A stretch of DNA of 64,000 bases, taken from NCBI GenBank assembly GCA_965206595.1, contig OZ242214.1, positions 6,144,001 through 6,208,000 of the forward strand, in the 5' to 3' direction. Origin of the DNA: Candidatus Latescibacterota bacterium. GTDB lineage: Bacteria > Latescibacterota > UBA2968 > UBA8231. The translations under genes were made by a program, and so were the position numbers. Shown in pieces: positions 29,576 through 41,614 of this stretch. Below the pieces are notes generated by a model, which had not been told where the DNA came from, made no database searches, and saw nothing but the letters and a program-made list of their open reading frames with translations. How positions within the stretch are numbered: position 1 is the stretch's first letter; each line of letters opens with the position of its first letter.

Positions 29576-30819
29576 AAGGCCGAACGTCTCCTTGAACCAC
29601 GGCAGGACCAGCTCCGCGGGTGGCTGGGTGGAGACCTCGACCTCGACCTCGGCCAGGGTTTCGGGAGTGATGTCGATTCCAGCGGCCTGGGGCGAGTCCA
29701 GGCGAAACCGCTGGCGGTCGATGGGTCGAGGGTGAGCGCGACGCGGCCGGGGTAGGGAGGCCCGGCTTTCGAGAAGGTCCTTGCCAGGTCCTCGTTCTGC
29801 AGCACGGCGATCATGCCGTTGAGGCTCGCCGGGAATTCGGAGAGGCTCTCGACCGTGCCGATCATATACCCGAACTCCTCGTGCCGCGCAGTGGCCGGAG
29901 ACACCAGGGTGGGCATGCCCGCTTCGACGCGCTTGCCGTCGATAGGGGGAACGTAGATCAGCACGTCGAGACCCTCACTACCCGTCTCGATGCTGATTAC
30001 GGACTGGCCCTGGGCGAGGGTGGCGCCGACCTGCGCCTTGATCTCGGTGACGCGCCCCGATACCGGGGCCTGGATGCGCCAGGTTCTCATTACGGCCGCG
30101 AGCTCCTTTACCTGCCGTTCCGCCTCCTGGTGTTCCGCCTTCGCCAGGGTGACGCGTGCCTGGGTTTCGTTTCTGCGGAGGAGCTCCCACGCCTCCAGTT
30201 CGTCGCGACGGCGCATGGCGTCGAACAGGTTGCGCCGGGCGAGATCGAGGGCATGCTCGCTGCGCTCGACCGAAGCCCGGTTTACGATACCTCTTTCCAG
30301 CAGCGACTGATCGACTTGCAGGCGTTCGTCGGCCTTTTCGATCAGCTCGCGGCCGGTGCGCTCTAGCTCTCCCAGGCGGGCACGCTGCCTGGCGATGTTC
30401 TGCGACGCAAGTGCGTTTTCCTCCCTCGCCTCGGATTCCCGATCCTGAAGGATTCCGGCGCGTTCACCCGCCAGGGAGACGGCCCCGGAATAGCGCTCCA
30501 TGATCTCGGGGTCGAGGATCTCGGCCACGAGGTCCCCTTCGGCGGCCGCTTCCCCGACGGCGGGAAGAATCCGGGCCAGCTTGCCACCGTTGGAGGAAGC
30601 GGCGTCGAAAACCATACCGGCTCGGCTCAGGATGATCCCGTTGGCCTTCACGTAGCTGGAAACTTCCCCCCAGACCGCCCAGAGTATGACGGCAAGGGTC
30701 ATGGCGATGAGCACGCAGAGCGCCAGCCAGGCCTTGGCAGTCGTCACGAAAAGGGCGCGGTCGAGATGTTAAGGGGTTCCGAGACGTACTGTCGTGTCTT
30801 TTCCGACAGGTTTTTTCAT
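29572..30819 (-). CDS. NHLM/NHLP secretion membrane-fusion protein (HlyD family; TIGR03794-like), with in-frame stop and frameshift as assembled
   Basis: ATG 30819 gives MKKPVGKDTTVRLGTP*HLDRALFVTTAKAW (family RLSSPEQLD; TAA at 30769-30771). TM helix, coiled coil, IQAPVSGRV, EEFGYMIGTV, SGFAWT; a frameshift at ~29696 restores SPQAAGIDITPETLAEVEV...LPWFK. Confidence 0.85.
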
Positions 30820-31150
30820 GATGAAATCAATATGGTTTTAACCCGCCAACCGCATCAATCATTCCCTCTGGTGGATGTGCGCAGGGTCCTCGTGGTCAGC
30901 CTGGTGAGAAGCAGGATATTCCGCCCGATTCGATCCCGGGGCTGTACCGGCCTGTCTGAAAGGGAGTCCGAACACCTGCCAATGTGGCACTTGCATTATG
31001 CAGCAAATCGATCGATTGGTCCGAACTGAAAAATAAACAATAAGTTATGAATATCGTTCGCCTGCGGGTACGGGTTTTGTCTGAAGGAGGGCGCTGGCTT
31101 TAGCAGGTTTCGAAACAGGACGATCAAGGCGAGGATTTCAGAGGATTCAA

Positions 31151-33762
<2,612 letters not shown>

Positions 33763-33848
33763 CCGTTTCTTTGGGAACCGATCGGGCTCGCTTTAGTCTT
33801 GTATTGCTCGAAAAGACAACAACGAAACAGAATGGAGAGAAACCGGAA

Positions 33849-35258
33849 ATGAAAGGGACAGGAAACGGGAGGGCCCTCAAGATCGTCCTGGTCGCTGCAG
33901 TCTTCAGCTGCACGGGGACAGCCGGCGCCGGGAAAAACCTGGCGGAGCTGCAAAGGTGGAGCGACGGCTTCGCGGAGGTCGTCGCGCAGGTGAAGCCGGG
34001 GGTCGTCGCGATCTCGACCGAATCGAAGTCACGTGGTGAAGTTCCCAACTATCGCGGCACCCCCTTCGAGTTCTTCTTCCGGGGGCCACCACGGGAAATG
34101 CCGCGCCAGGGGCAGGGGTCAGGCGTGATCGTCAGCCACGAGGGGGAGTACTTCATCCTGACAAACTACCACGTGATCCGCGGCGCAGACGAGATCACCG
34201 TCGAGCTGACCGACCAGCGCCACTTCCCTGCCGAGGTGGTCGGTACCGATTCCCTCAGCGACCTCGCCGCCCTGCGCATCGACGCCGCAGAGCTTCCCTC
34301 GGTGTCCTGGGGGAGGTCGGCGGATCTAAAGGTCGGGGAGTGGGTGCTGGCGATCGGCAACCCGTTCGCCCTCGAGCACACCGTGACCCAGGGGATTATC
34401 AGCGCCCTCGGACGGGAGCGTTTCGGTGAGGAATACGGCTCCTTCATTCAAACGTCCGCGGCGATCAACCCGGGGAACAGCGGCGGTCCCCTGGTCAACC
34501 TGAAGGGGGAGCTGGTCGGCATAAACACCGCCATCGTCACCCGCAGCGGTGGGGATCAGGGAATCGGGTTCGCCATTCCCGTCGACCTCGCCCGCGACGT
34601 GCTGTCTCAACTGATCGACACCGGAGAAGTGAGGCGCGGGTTTTTGGGGATAGGAATCCGAGACATCCCCGCGTTGATGGCGGAAGCCATGAGCATGGAG
34701 AACACCCGCGGTGTCCTGGTAACGGGGGTCACGGAAGACAGCGGTGCCGAGGAGGCGGGCCTTCAGGTGGATGACGTGATCGTCGCCGTCGACGGGGATC
34801 CGGTGCGCAACAGCACCGAGCTTAGGAGCCGCATCGGTACGACTTTTCCCGGAACCAAGGTCGAGGTCGAGTTTCTGCGCGACGGCGAACGCAAGAGGGT
34901 AACCGTCAAGCTCGGGGAAGTGACGCAGGAGGCGCTCGCCGTGGGGCGGTCGGGCGGGGATGAAGTTTCAACCAACTCCCTCGGGATAAAACTCCGCAAT
35001 CCCAGCCCTGAGCTGACGCAGCTTTTCGGCTACGACGAGGGTGAGGGGGGCGTCTTCATCATCGGGGTCAGGCGCGGGAGCGAGGCGGCCCGCCGCGGAC
35101 TTCGTCGAGGCGACCTGATCGTCGAGGTCAACCGCCAGCCGGTGGCATCGGTGCAGGAGTATCGCGAAATCGTCGAGGAGCTCGAGTCCGGGGCTGCGGT
35201 CCTTTTTCGCGTTCGCCGCGGAAAGACAAACCGCCTGGTAGCCTTGCGCCTTCCGTAG
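33849..35258 (+). CDS. degP: HtrA/DegP (Do-family) periplasmic serine protease with two PDZ domains
   Basis: Signal peptide, GSGVIV, TNYHVI, DLAAL, AIGNPF, INPGNSGGPL, two PDZ domains. Confidence 0.93.
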   Translation: MKGTGNGRALKIVLVAAVFSCTGTAGAGKNLAELQRWSDGFAEVVAQVKPGVVAISTESKSRGEVPNYRGTPFEFFFRGPPREMPRQGQGSGVIVSHEGEYFILTNYHVIRGADEITVELTDQRHFPAEVVGTDSLSDLAALRIDAAELPSVSWGRSADLKVGEWVLAIGNPFALEHTVTQGIISALGRERFGEEYGSFIQTSAAINPGNSGGPLVNLKGELVGINTAIVTRSGGDQGIGFAIPVDLARDVLSQLIDTGEVRRGFLGIGIRDIPALMAEAMSMENTRGVLVTGVTEDSGAEEAGLQVDDVIVAVDGDPVRNSTELRSRIGTTFPGTKVEVEFLRDGERKRVTVKLGEVTQEALAVGRSGGDEVSTNSLGIKLRNPSPELTQLFGYDEGEGGVFIIGVRRGSEAARRGLRRGDLIVEVNRQPVASVQEYREIVEELESGAAVLFRVRRGKTNRLVALRLP

Positions 35259-35330
35259 TCGACCCGCCACCTTCCTTCCACGTCCCATCGCCAGGCGGTG
35301 GGACCGCCAACTTCAAATCCCTCGCGTAAG

Positions 35331-37475
35331 ATGATGGAAGGCCGTCCCATCTGGGACAGCGGCAACTCCGGCGGGCTGTACCTGCGGACGTCGATCGCGA
35401 CCTCCTCTGCCGAAAGAGTCGCTCTGAACTGCGCCAGCACCGGCCCCTTCGAGCTGAGCATCGACGGGGAGCTGGTCGCATGCCGCCGGGGGGGAGCGCT
35501 GACCGAGCGCCCCCTTCTGCACCGCATATCCCTGCAGTTGAGGCGTCCGGGTCGCCACACCCTCACCGTGCGCGCGGCCAACCTGCCCGCGGTAGAGGCG
35601 CCGTGGTTCGCCTGTTCCGCTTCTGCGGTTTTACCCACGGCAGGGGACGGCACCTGGAGCGTCCGGGCCATCTCCCTCCCCCTGAAGCAACTGGGGGTCG
35701 ACGAATTCCACGATGCCAGGGAGGATCCCGGAGAGGGGGACGCCAGCGATGCCGGGGACGGCTGGGAGCCCGCGGTCGAGGTAGCCGCGGCCATTGCGGC
35801 CGACGTCTGGGAGCCTGGCGGCATCGTGGAAGAACCGCAGGAGGCCGTGGCCGTAGCTGCGGCGGGTGAGTGGAGCGGCGACTCTCCGGAGCCGGAGCGA
35901 CTGCAGCCGCTGGCGGACTGCAAGTGCGTCCACCCACAGGGCCTTCTCTTTGGCGGCGTCGCCCGCACCATCATCAGGACCGCCCCGTACAAAGCGGTCG
36001 TCATCCAGCTCGATTTCGGGCGCATCCTCACCGGATGTCCGGAGGTGCGCCTGGAGGCGGAAGCGAGCGGCGGCATCGTCGACCTTTACTTCGGGTACGT
36101 CCCCGGACGCACGCACGCCCAGGTTCGCTACGTCGTCCGGGCAGGCAGGCAGGGCTGGGGCGCCTTGCAGGAACAGGCGGGCCGCTACCTGACCGTACGT
36201 CTCAGCCGGTTTGCGGAGAACTGCCACCTCGAAAAGGTGTCCGTGGTCACCCGTCGCGACCCCGGTCCGGGGGCGACTGCGGCCATGGAACAGGACGGGA
36301 TGGCGGCTCCGCACCTGGTCGGACGGCGAACACTCGAATCGGTGCGGCAGGAAATTTACTGCCTGCGGCTCCCGCCCCGGCCGTACGACTGGTTGGCGAT
36401 GCTGACTGCCTTCGCCACCGATTTCTACCTCACAGGCAACACCGCTACTGCGCGAACGGTGCTGAGAACCGCTGCCGGCCGCCAAGACAACGGGGACCTG
36501 CATTCAGATTGGACGGGATTTCCGATTTTTGTCGAGGCGTATCACTTGTTCAGCGGTGACGGCGAGACCGTGTCTGCACGGCTGTACGATCTGCTTCCAC
36601 CTGCAGGTGCGACACCGTCCCTTTCCTGCGGTGAGCTGCCGACCGCGGAGGCGGCCCTCGCCGCGGCCAGCGCCGCAGCCGCAGGGCGCGTATGCCGGCG
36701 CCTGGGCAATTCCCGGGCGGCGGCGGTCTGCAAGGCGGAAGCGAGGCGCTGGCGGGAACTGGTTCAGTCACGCTGGCGCGAGCAGGAGGGGATGTTCCCG
36801 GAGACGGCCGCAGAAGCGGGACGGTTTGGCCAGTGGACCAACGCCCTTGCCTTGTACGGCTCACTGGCGAAGGCGGATCAGAAGGAGCGCGTCGCGACCG
36901 CAGTCGGCGATGGGTCGCTGTCGCCGGTTGCCGGACTGACGCAGGCCTGGTTTCTCTGCGAAGGGTTGTGGCGCGCGGGGGCAGAACAGGCTGCCCTGGA
37001 TTACGCGGAGATGTACTGGGGGCGCATGGCGGCGACACCGGGGGAGACCTGGGCTGACCGGGCGCCGCGGCCCTCGGCGCCGTACGAACCCGGGCCGGAG
37101 TACATGGTCGGCGCCCACCTGCTTGGGGTGCAGCCGGTCGAACCCGGGTTCGCCGTTGCCCGCATCCGGCCTCCCCGCAGCGTCGCCACCCGTGCCTCCG
37201 GTTCGGTACCGACCCCGGCCGGGGCCATCGCCCTCGCCTGGAAAAGAGAAGAGGAAGACCTCGCGCTCGAGACGGAGCTGCCCGCCAGTATCGAGGCCCG
37301 CCTTGTCCTTCATCGCGGCGGCAGGAAGATGCCCACCATTCTGGTCAACGGGATCACCGTCTGGCGAAACGAGAAGATGTACCCCAACCCGTTCGTGCAG
37401 CGGATAGTCGCCGAAGAGGAGGATATCGTGATTGCCCTGACACAGGAGGGGCGCTTCCGGGTCGAGGTGGTCTGA
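35331..37475 (+). CDS. Alpha-L-rhamnosidase (GH78)-like protein, divergent
   Basis: LDFGRILTG, GRYL, (alpha/alpha)6-like helical core, C-terminal LLGVQPVEPGF...ASGSVPTPAGAIALAW domain. Start approximate. Confidence 0.6.
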   Translation: MMEGRPIWDSGNSGGLYLRTSIATSSAERVALNCASTGPFELSIDGELVACRRGGALTERPLLHRISLQLRRPGRHTLTVRAANLPAVEAPWFACSASAVLPTAGDGTWSVRAISLPLKQLGVDEFHDAREDPGEGDASDAGDGWEPAVEVAAAIAADVWEPGGIVEEPQEAVAVAAAGEWSGDSPEPERLQPLADCKCVHPQGLLFGGVARTIIRTAPYKAVVIQLDFGRILTGCPEVRLEAEASGGIVDLYFGYVPGRTHAQVRYVVRAGRQGWGALQEQAGRYLTVRLSRFAENCHLEKVSVVTRRDPGPGATAAMEQDGMAAPHLVGRRTLESVRQEIYCLRLPPRPYDWLAMLTAFATDFYLTGNTATARTVLRTAAGRQDNGDLHSDWTGFPIFVEAYHLFSGDGETVSARLYDLLPPAGATPSLSCGELPTAEAALAAASAAAAGRVCRRLGNSRAAAVCKAEARRWRELVQSRWREQEGMFPETAAEAGRFGQWTNALALYGSLAKADQKERVATAVGDGSLSPVAGLTQAWFLCEGLWRAGAEQAALDYAEMYWGRMAATPGETWADRAPRPSAPYEPGPEYMVGAHLLGVQPVEPGFAVARIRPPRSVATRASGSVPTPAGAIALAWKREEEDLALETELPASIEARLVLHRGGRKMPTILVNGITVWRNEKMYPNPFVQRIVAEEEDIVIALTQEGRFRVEVV

Positions 37476-37483
37476 CCCGCGTC

Positions 37484-38140
37484 ATGCCCCTCCATTACGT
37501 CGAAGGAGAACCACCGGCGCAAGGTGCTCCCCTGCTGGTGCTTCTGCACGGATATGGCAGCGACGAGGAGGACTTGATGGGTCTGGCGCCGGCCCTGGAC
37601 CCCCGCTTCCACGTCGTCAGCGCCCGCGCTCCCATGCGGCTCGCCGAGGGTGGCTTTGCCTGGTTCCCCCTGGCGATGACCGAGGGTGGCCTGGAGGTCT
37701 CGTTCCAAGAGGCAGAGGCGGCACGCGGCGAGGTGTGCGAGCTGCTCGCCGGACTTCAGCAACAGTACGACGCCTCCGGGCGCACGCTGTTGCTGGGTTT
37801 CAGCCAGGGAGCCGGGATGGCGCTCTACAGCGGCTTCCGGATCCCCGAGACCATTGCCGGAATCGCCTTCCTGAGCGGCCTGTGCCTCCCGGAGATGGTG
37901 CCCGAAGGGGCCGCCTCGAACTCATTGAACGACATGCCTGTCTTCATGTCCCACGGCCGGTTCGATCCCCTGATCCCGATCGCCAGGGGCAGGGAATCTC
38001 GCGACATGCTGGCCGGCCTGCCTCTGCGGACCATCTTCAACGAGTACGCCATGGGCCACGAGATTAATTCGGAATGCCTGCGGGATCTGCAGGAATGGCT
38101 GCGGCACAGGGCTGATGATCTGGTGCGTCCCGTGGAGTGA
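37484..38140 (+). CDS. Phospholipase/carboxylesterase (alpha/beta hydrolase)
   Basis: LLHGYG, GFSQG nucleophile, HGRFDPLIP, MGHEI. Confidence 0.9.
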   Translation: MPLHYVEGEPPAQGAPLLVLLHGYGSDEEDLMGLAPALDPRFHVVSARAPMRLAEGGFAWFPLAMTEGGLEVSFQEAEAARGEVCELLAGLQQQYDASGRTLLLGFSQGAGMALYSGFRIPETIAGIAFLSGLCLPEMVPEGAASNSLNDMPVFMSHGRFDPLIPIARGRESRDMLAGLPLRTIFNEYAMGHEINSECLRDLQEWLRHRADDLVRPVE

Positions 38141-38386
38141 ATCGCAGCTCCACCATGCAACTTGGACCGCTGATTTACCGCAGGGCGGTGCGGGGCTGTT
38201 CCCCCTCGCCAGGGAGCAGGCCCCAACGGGCCCCGTGCTCCGGTCAGGCCCCCACGCCCTCGAGGTTGGCTGTGAAACAGGTGCCGACCAAGATCCGGTG
38301 CCTTATGTACGCGAGCGCGCCATGCAAGGAAACGCCTCCGAGGGGTCGACAGGGCTCTCCGAGCCGGCGCTGCAATTCCCGCCGCT

Positions 38387-39400
38387 TCAGATCCAGCCGC
38401 TGCTTTCCCTGCGCACCAGGGAAGCCATGGCGTCGAGCCAGCGGGGATGACTGTTGAGACAGGGCACGAGGTGCAGGTGGCCGCCACCGGCAGCGCGGAA
38501 AATCTCGTCCCCCTCCCGGCCGAGCTCGTCCAGGGTCTCCAGGCAGTCGGCGGTGAATCCCGGCGCCACGACCACGAGACGTCCGCCGCCCTGGCGCCCT
38601 AGCTGCGCCAGCACATCCTCGGTGTAGGGCTGAAGCCACTCCTCCCTGCCGAAACGGGACTGGAACCCGAGGTGCCAGCGTTCGCGGTTCAGGCCGAGGG
38701 CCTCGGCGAGCAGGCCGGCGGTCGCCTCGCACTGGCGGCGATAGGGATCCCCTTCGTCGACGTAGCGTCTGGGAATGCCGTGGAAGGTGATGAGGAAGCG
38801 CTCCGGCGGATCCTCCAGGCGGAAGAGGGAGTTTTCGACGGCGGCCCTGAGACTGTCGATGTAGCCGCAGTCGTCGAAATAGGGCGGAACGAAGCGCAGC
38901 GCCGGCATGGTGCGCCTGCGGTCGAACAGGAACGCTCCGCTGCGTCCGAAAGCAGATCTGGTGACGGCGTCGTAGACCGATCCGGTGGTTGACGCCGAGA
39001 AGTGGGGGAACATCGGCAATACCACGATACGGTCGATCTCCTCCGCTTCCATCTGCCGCAGGGCCCGCTCGATGCTCGGTTCGCCGTAGCGCATCCCCAG
39101 AACGACCCGGTAGCGGTCTCCGAGACGCTGCTGCAGTTCCTTCTCCTGGGCGCGGGAGTGAAGCAGAAGCGGAGAGCCCCGGTCGGTCCAGACGTTTCGA
39201 TAGAGCGCCGCGGATCGCGCCGGCCGCCGCGAGAGGACGAGAAGGTACAGAACCGGCAGCCATTTCCACCGCGGCAGGTCGATGACGCGAGGGTCGGACA
39301 GGAACTGCTTCAGGTACGGCCGCAAGGCGGTTGCGCTCGGCGCGGCCGGAGTGCCCAGCTGGGCGACGAGAACGCCGACCGGTGGGGAAGCGCTACTCAT
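38387..39400 (-). CDS. hemH: Ferrochelatase
   Basis: LGTP, YLKQFLSDPRVI, GSPL, MRYGEPS, TFHGIP, FQSRFGREEWLQPYT, FTADCLETLDE, PCLN. Confidence 0.95.
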   Translation of the reverse strand: MSSASPPVGVLVAQLGTPAAPSATALRPYLKQFLSDPRVIDLPRWKWLPVLYLLVLSRRPARSAALYRNVWTDRGSPLLLHSRAQEKELQQRLGDRYRVVLGMRYGEPSIERALRQMEAEEIDRIVVLPMFPHFSASTTGSVYDAVTRSAFGRSGAFLFDRRRTMPALRFVPPYFDDCGYIDSLRAAVENSLFRLEDPPERFLITFHGIPRRYVDEGDPYRRQCEATAGLLAEALGLNRERWHLGFQSRFGREEWLQPYTEDVLAQLGRQGGGRLVVVAPGFTADCLETLDELGREGDEIFRAAGGGHLHLVPCLNSHPRWLDAMASLVRRESSGWI

Positions 39401-39543
39401 GGGTGAGCTGCTCGGCAAGTCGGGCTAAAACAGCGTTGATCCATGGGGTGCGGTGGGGTACTTTGCGCGCGGCCGCCTGGTAGAGCGCTGCCGAGGGCAG
39501 CAGTTGGCAATTTCCGTAATCTAACAAGGGAGCACTGACAATC

Positions 39544-40269
39544 ATGCGCTGCATTTTCGTCGGCATCGAGTACGCGGGCAAATCCACGCTCATCAATCTG
39601 CTCAAGGATTACTATGCGAAGCGCCGCCAGCCCGTCCACATGGACGATCACTTCACCCTTCCCGATTCGACACTTAGTCCCGCATCCCGCGAGCAGATGG
39701 TGAACTTTCCCGACGACGTCAAGGAGCGCATGCAGCGGATGCAGATCCAGTACCACGTAGAGGTGATCCGCAACTACGCCCACGTGCTGATAAGCGGCTG
39801 GCACATCGAGGAGAGCATCTACTCGGAGTTTTACGGCAACGACCCCGGCAGTTCCTACTATCCCAATTTCTGGCACGCCAACAAGCGCACCCACGAGGCC
39901 CTGGTCCACGAAGCCCGCGTCCCGGACATCGTTCTGGTCCACGTAACCGCCAGCGACGACGCCATTAGGGAGCGCATGGCCTCCGATCCCCATGAGTACC
40001 AGATCATCAGGGAGGGGGACATCGGCGCTTTGAAACGCCGCTTCGTGGAGGAATGCGATCAGTCGCTGCTGGCCAAGAGGGGCAGGATCGACCTCGATAC
40101 CACGGACAGGACACCCCGGCAATCCCTCGACGAGCTGCTGCTGAAATCCGAGCCGGTGATCACTTCGGGAGAGCTCGCCATCCGGACCATGGCGGTACCC
40201 GACGGCGACTACGAGGTCGCTTACGAGAACGGCGTGCGCAAAACCGTTCCGGTGGTCGGCGATAGTTGA
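39544..40269 (+). CDS. Nucleoside/nucleotide-kinase-like P-loop protein, function unknown
   Basis: N-terminal FVGIEYAGKST Walker A; VLVHVTAS..AIRER lid-like segment. Confidence 0.6.
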   Translation: MRCIFVGIEYAGKSTLINLLKDYYAKRRQPVHMDDHFTLPDSTLSPASREQMVNFPDDVKERMQRMQIQYHVEVIRNYAHVLISGWHIEESIYSEFYGNDPGSSYYPNFWHANKRTHEALVHEARVPDIVLVHVTASDDAIRERMASDPHEYQIIREGDIGALKRRFVEECDQSLLAKRGRIDLDTTDRTPRQSLDELLLKSEPVITSGELAIRTMAVPDGDYEVAYENGVRKTVPVVGDS

Positions 40270-40961
40270 TACGATCGGTCACGGTCGCGCCCCTCGCCGT
40301 CCTGGCCTGCCTTTGCGTCGCCGCGGAGGCAGCCCCCCTCGACAGCTTGAAAGCGGACGCTCGGCGACTGCTTGCCCCTCCTCAACTCCATCTGATCTTC
40401 GCCGGCGTAGCGGCCGGCGGCCTCGCCACTCGCCTCGACGACGAGCTGGCATGGGAACTGCCCGGGGATGGCGTCGCCTCGGCGGTGTTCGATCTGGCCG
40501 ATATCTACGGCTCCGCCGGGAAAACCATCGTCGTCGGCGCTGTTCTGTGGACCCTGGCCAAGTGGCGGGATTGGGGCGGATTGAAAACCCAGTCTGAAGA
40601 TGGGTTGCGCAGCATCGCCGCAGCCGCCCTCGTCGTCGGCCCCCTGAAGCTCGCCACCCGCCGGAGCCGTCCCGACGGCAGCGGCAGGCTTTCGTTTCCG
40701 TCCGGCCACACAGCCACGGCCTTCGCCCTCTCCACGGTGCTCGCCCGCGGCCACGGCCGGCGCATCGGATTGCCGGCGTACGCCTTGGCGGCGTTGGTGC
40801 CGGCGGCGCGGATCGGCGGAAAAAAACACCACTTTTCCGACGCAGTCGCAGGCGCCTGCATCGGCACCGCGGCCGGCTTGGCGGTCGGGATCGGGGGCAG
40901 CAGTCCGGCCCTGCAGGCCCGGATCAATCCTGCGGGATGGCGGATCTGCTGGACCTTCTGA
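40266..40961 (+). CDS. PAP2-family phosphatase
   Basis: KLATRRSRP, SFPSGH, RIGGKKHHFSD motifs. Confidence 0.88.
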   Translation: MIRSVTVAPLAVLACLCVAAEAAPLDSLKADARRLLAPPQLHLIFAGVAAGGLATRLDDELAWELPGDGVASAVFDLADIYGSAGKTIVVGAVLWTLAKWRDWGGLKTQSEDGLRSIAAAALVVGPLKLATRRSRPDGSGRLSFPSGHTATAFALSTVLARGHGRRIGLPAYALAALVPAARIGGKKHHFSDAVAGACIGTAAGLAVGIGGSSPALQARINPAGWRICWTF

Positions 40962-41614
40962 ATCCCGGTTGGCAGGTCGGGTCCCTGTTTCCCCTTTCAG
41001 GGTCGAATGCAATCGGTGCTCGACATGCTCCACCATGCACTAGAATTTGCGCTGAACCGGCTTGCCGGTTGCAAGGGGAAGGGAACATCCCCTGGTGAGG
41101 GGACGGGGACGGCTTGGAGCCGGCAAACCAATAGCAACAGGGGGAGGAAACCCGCCCGGATCCTGGGGAAAATCCTGTTGACGGCACCAAATATTCGGGG
41201 TGGAAGCGTTTAGCCACTCAACCGAAAAAACCAGCGATTCTTTCCCCCAGATCAGCCGCCTGGGAGAAGAACGCGACTGCTCGCGCCAGTATCTCCCAAA
41301 CCATGTCATTTACCGAATATCAACCATATGATGTTACCGGCCGATCATAGTGGCCGAGAATCGCGATTGTCAGTATGATTGTACGCATTCTTCTGAACGA
41401 TCGGCCGCAACAGGCAGGTCTCAACCGGATTGAAAATCGTGAACGCCTTGCCTCCGCGATCTCTCACTTCTTCCTCCAGAAGGAGAACTACCTGATGGAC
41501 ACGATTGCTGCAATATTCCTTGAAATCGCTCGGAAGGCAAAATCATTGATCTGCCGTCCAAATCTGCTCGCCGCAGAGAAAATCATCCCATCCGCGACGG
41601 AAAGGCGCCGGAAA

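Noticed and set aside
30820-31150. CIRCE or other heat-shock operator before clpB
   Set aside because: No TTAGCACTC-N9-GAGTGCTAA; only a short AATCGATCGATT palindrome of doubtful meaning.
41120-41200. c-di-GMP-I riboswitch upstream of the adhesin (GGCAAACC seed)
   Set aside because: The rest of the consensus (GNRA-capped P2, GACGCAAA, P3 receptor) cannot be matched; an Infernal scan would settle it.
41375-41614. 80-aa N-terminal extension of the adhesin in the ORF track
   Set aside because: AT-rich and atypical in codon usage; the signal peptide fits a start at 41615.
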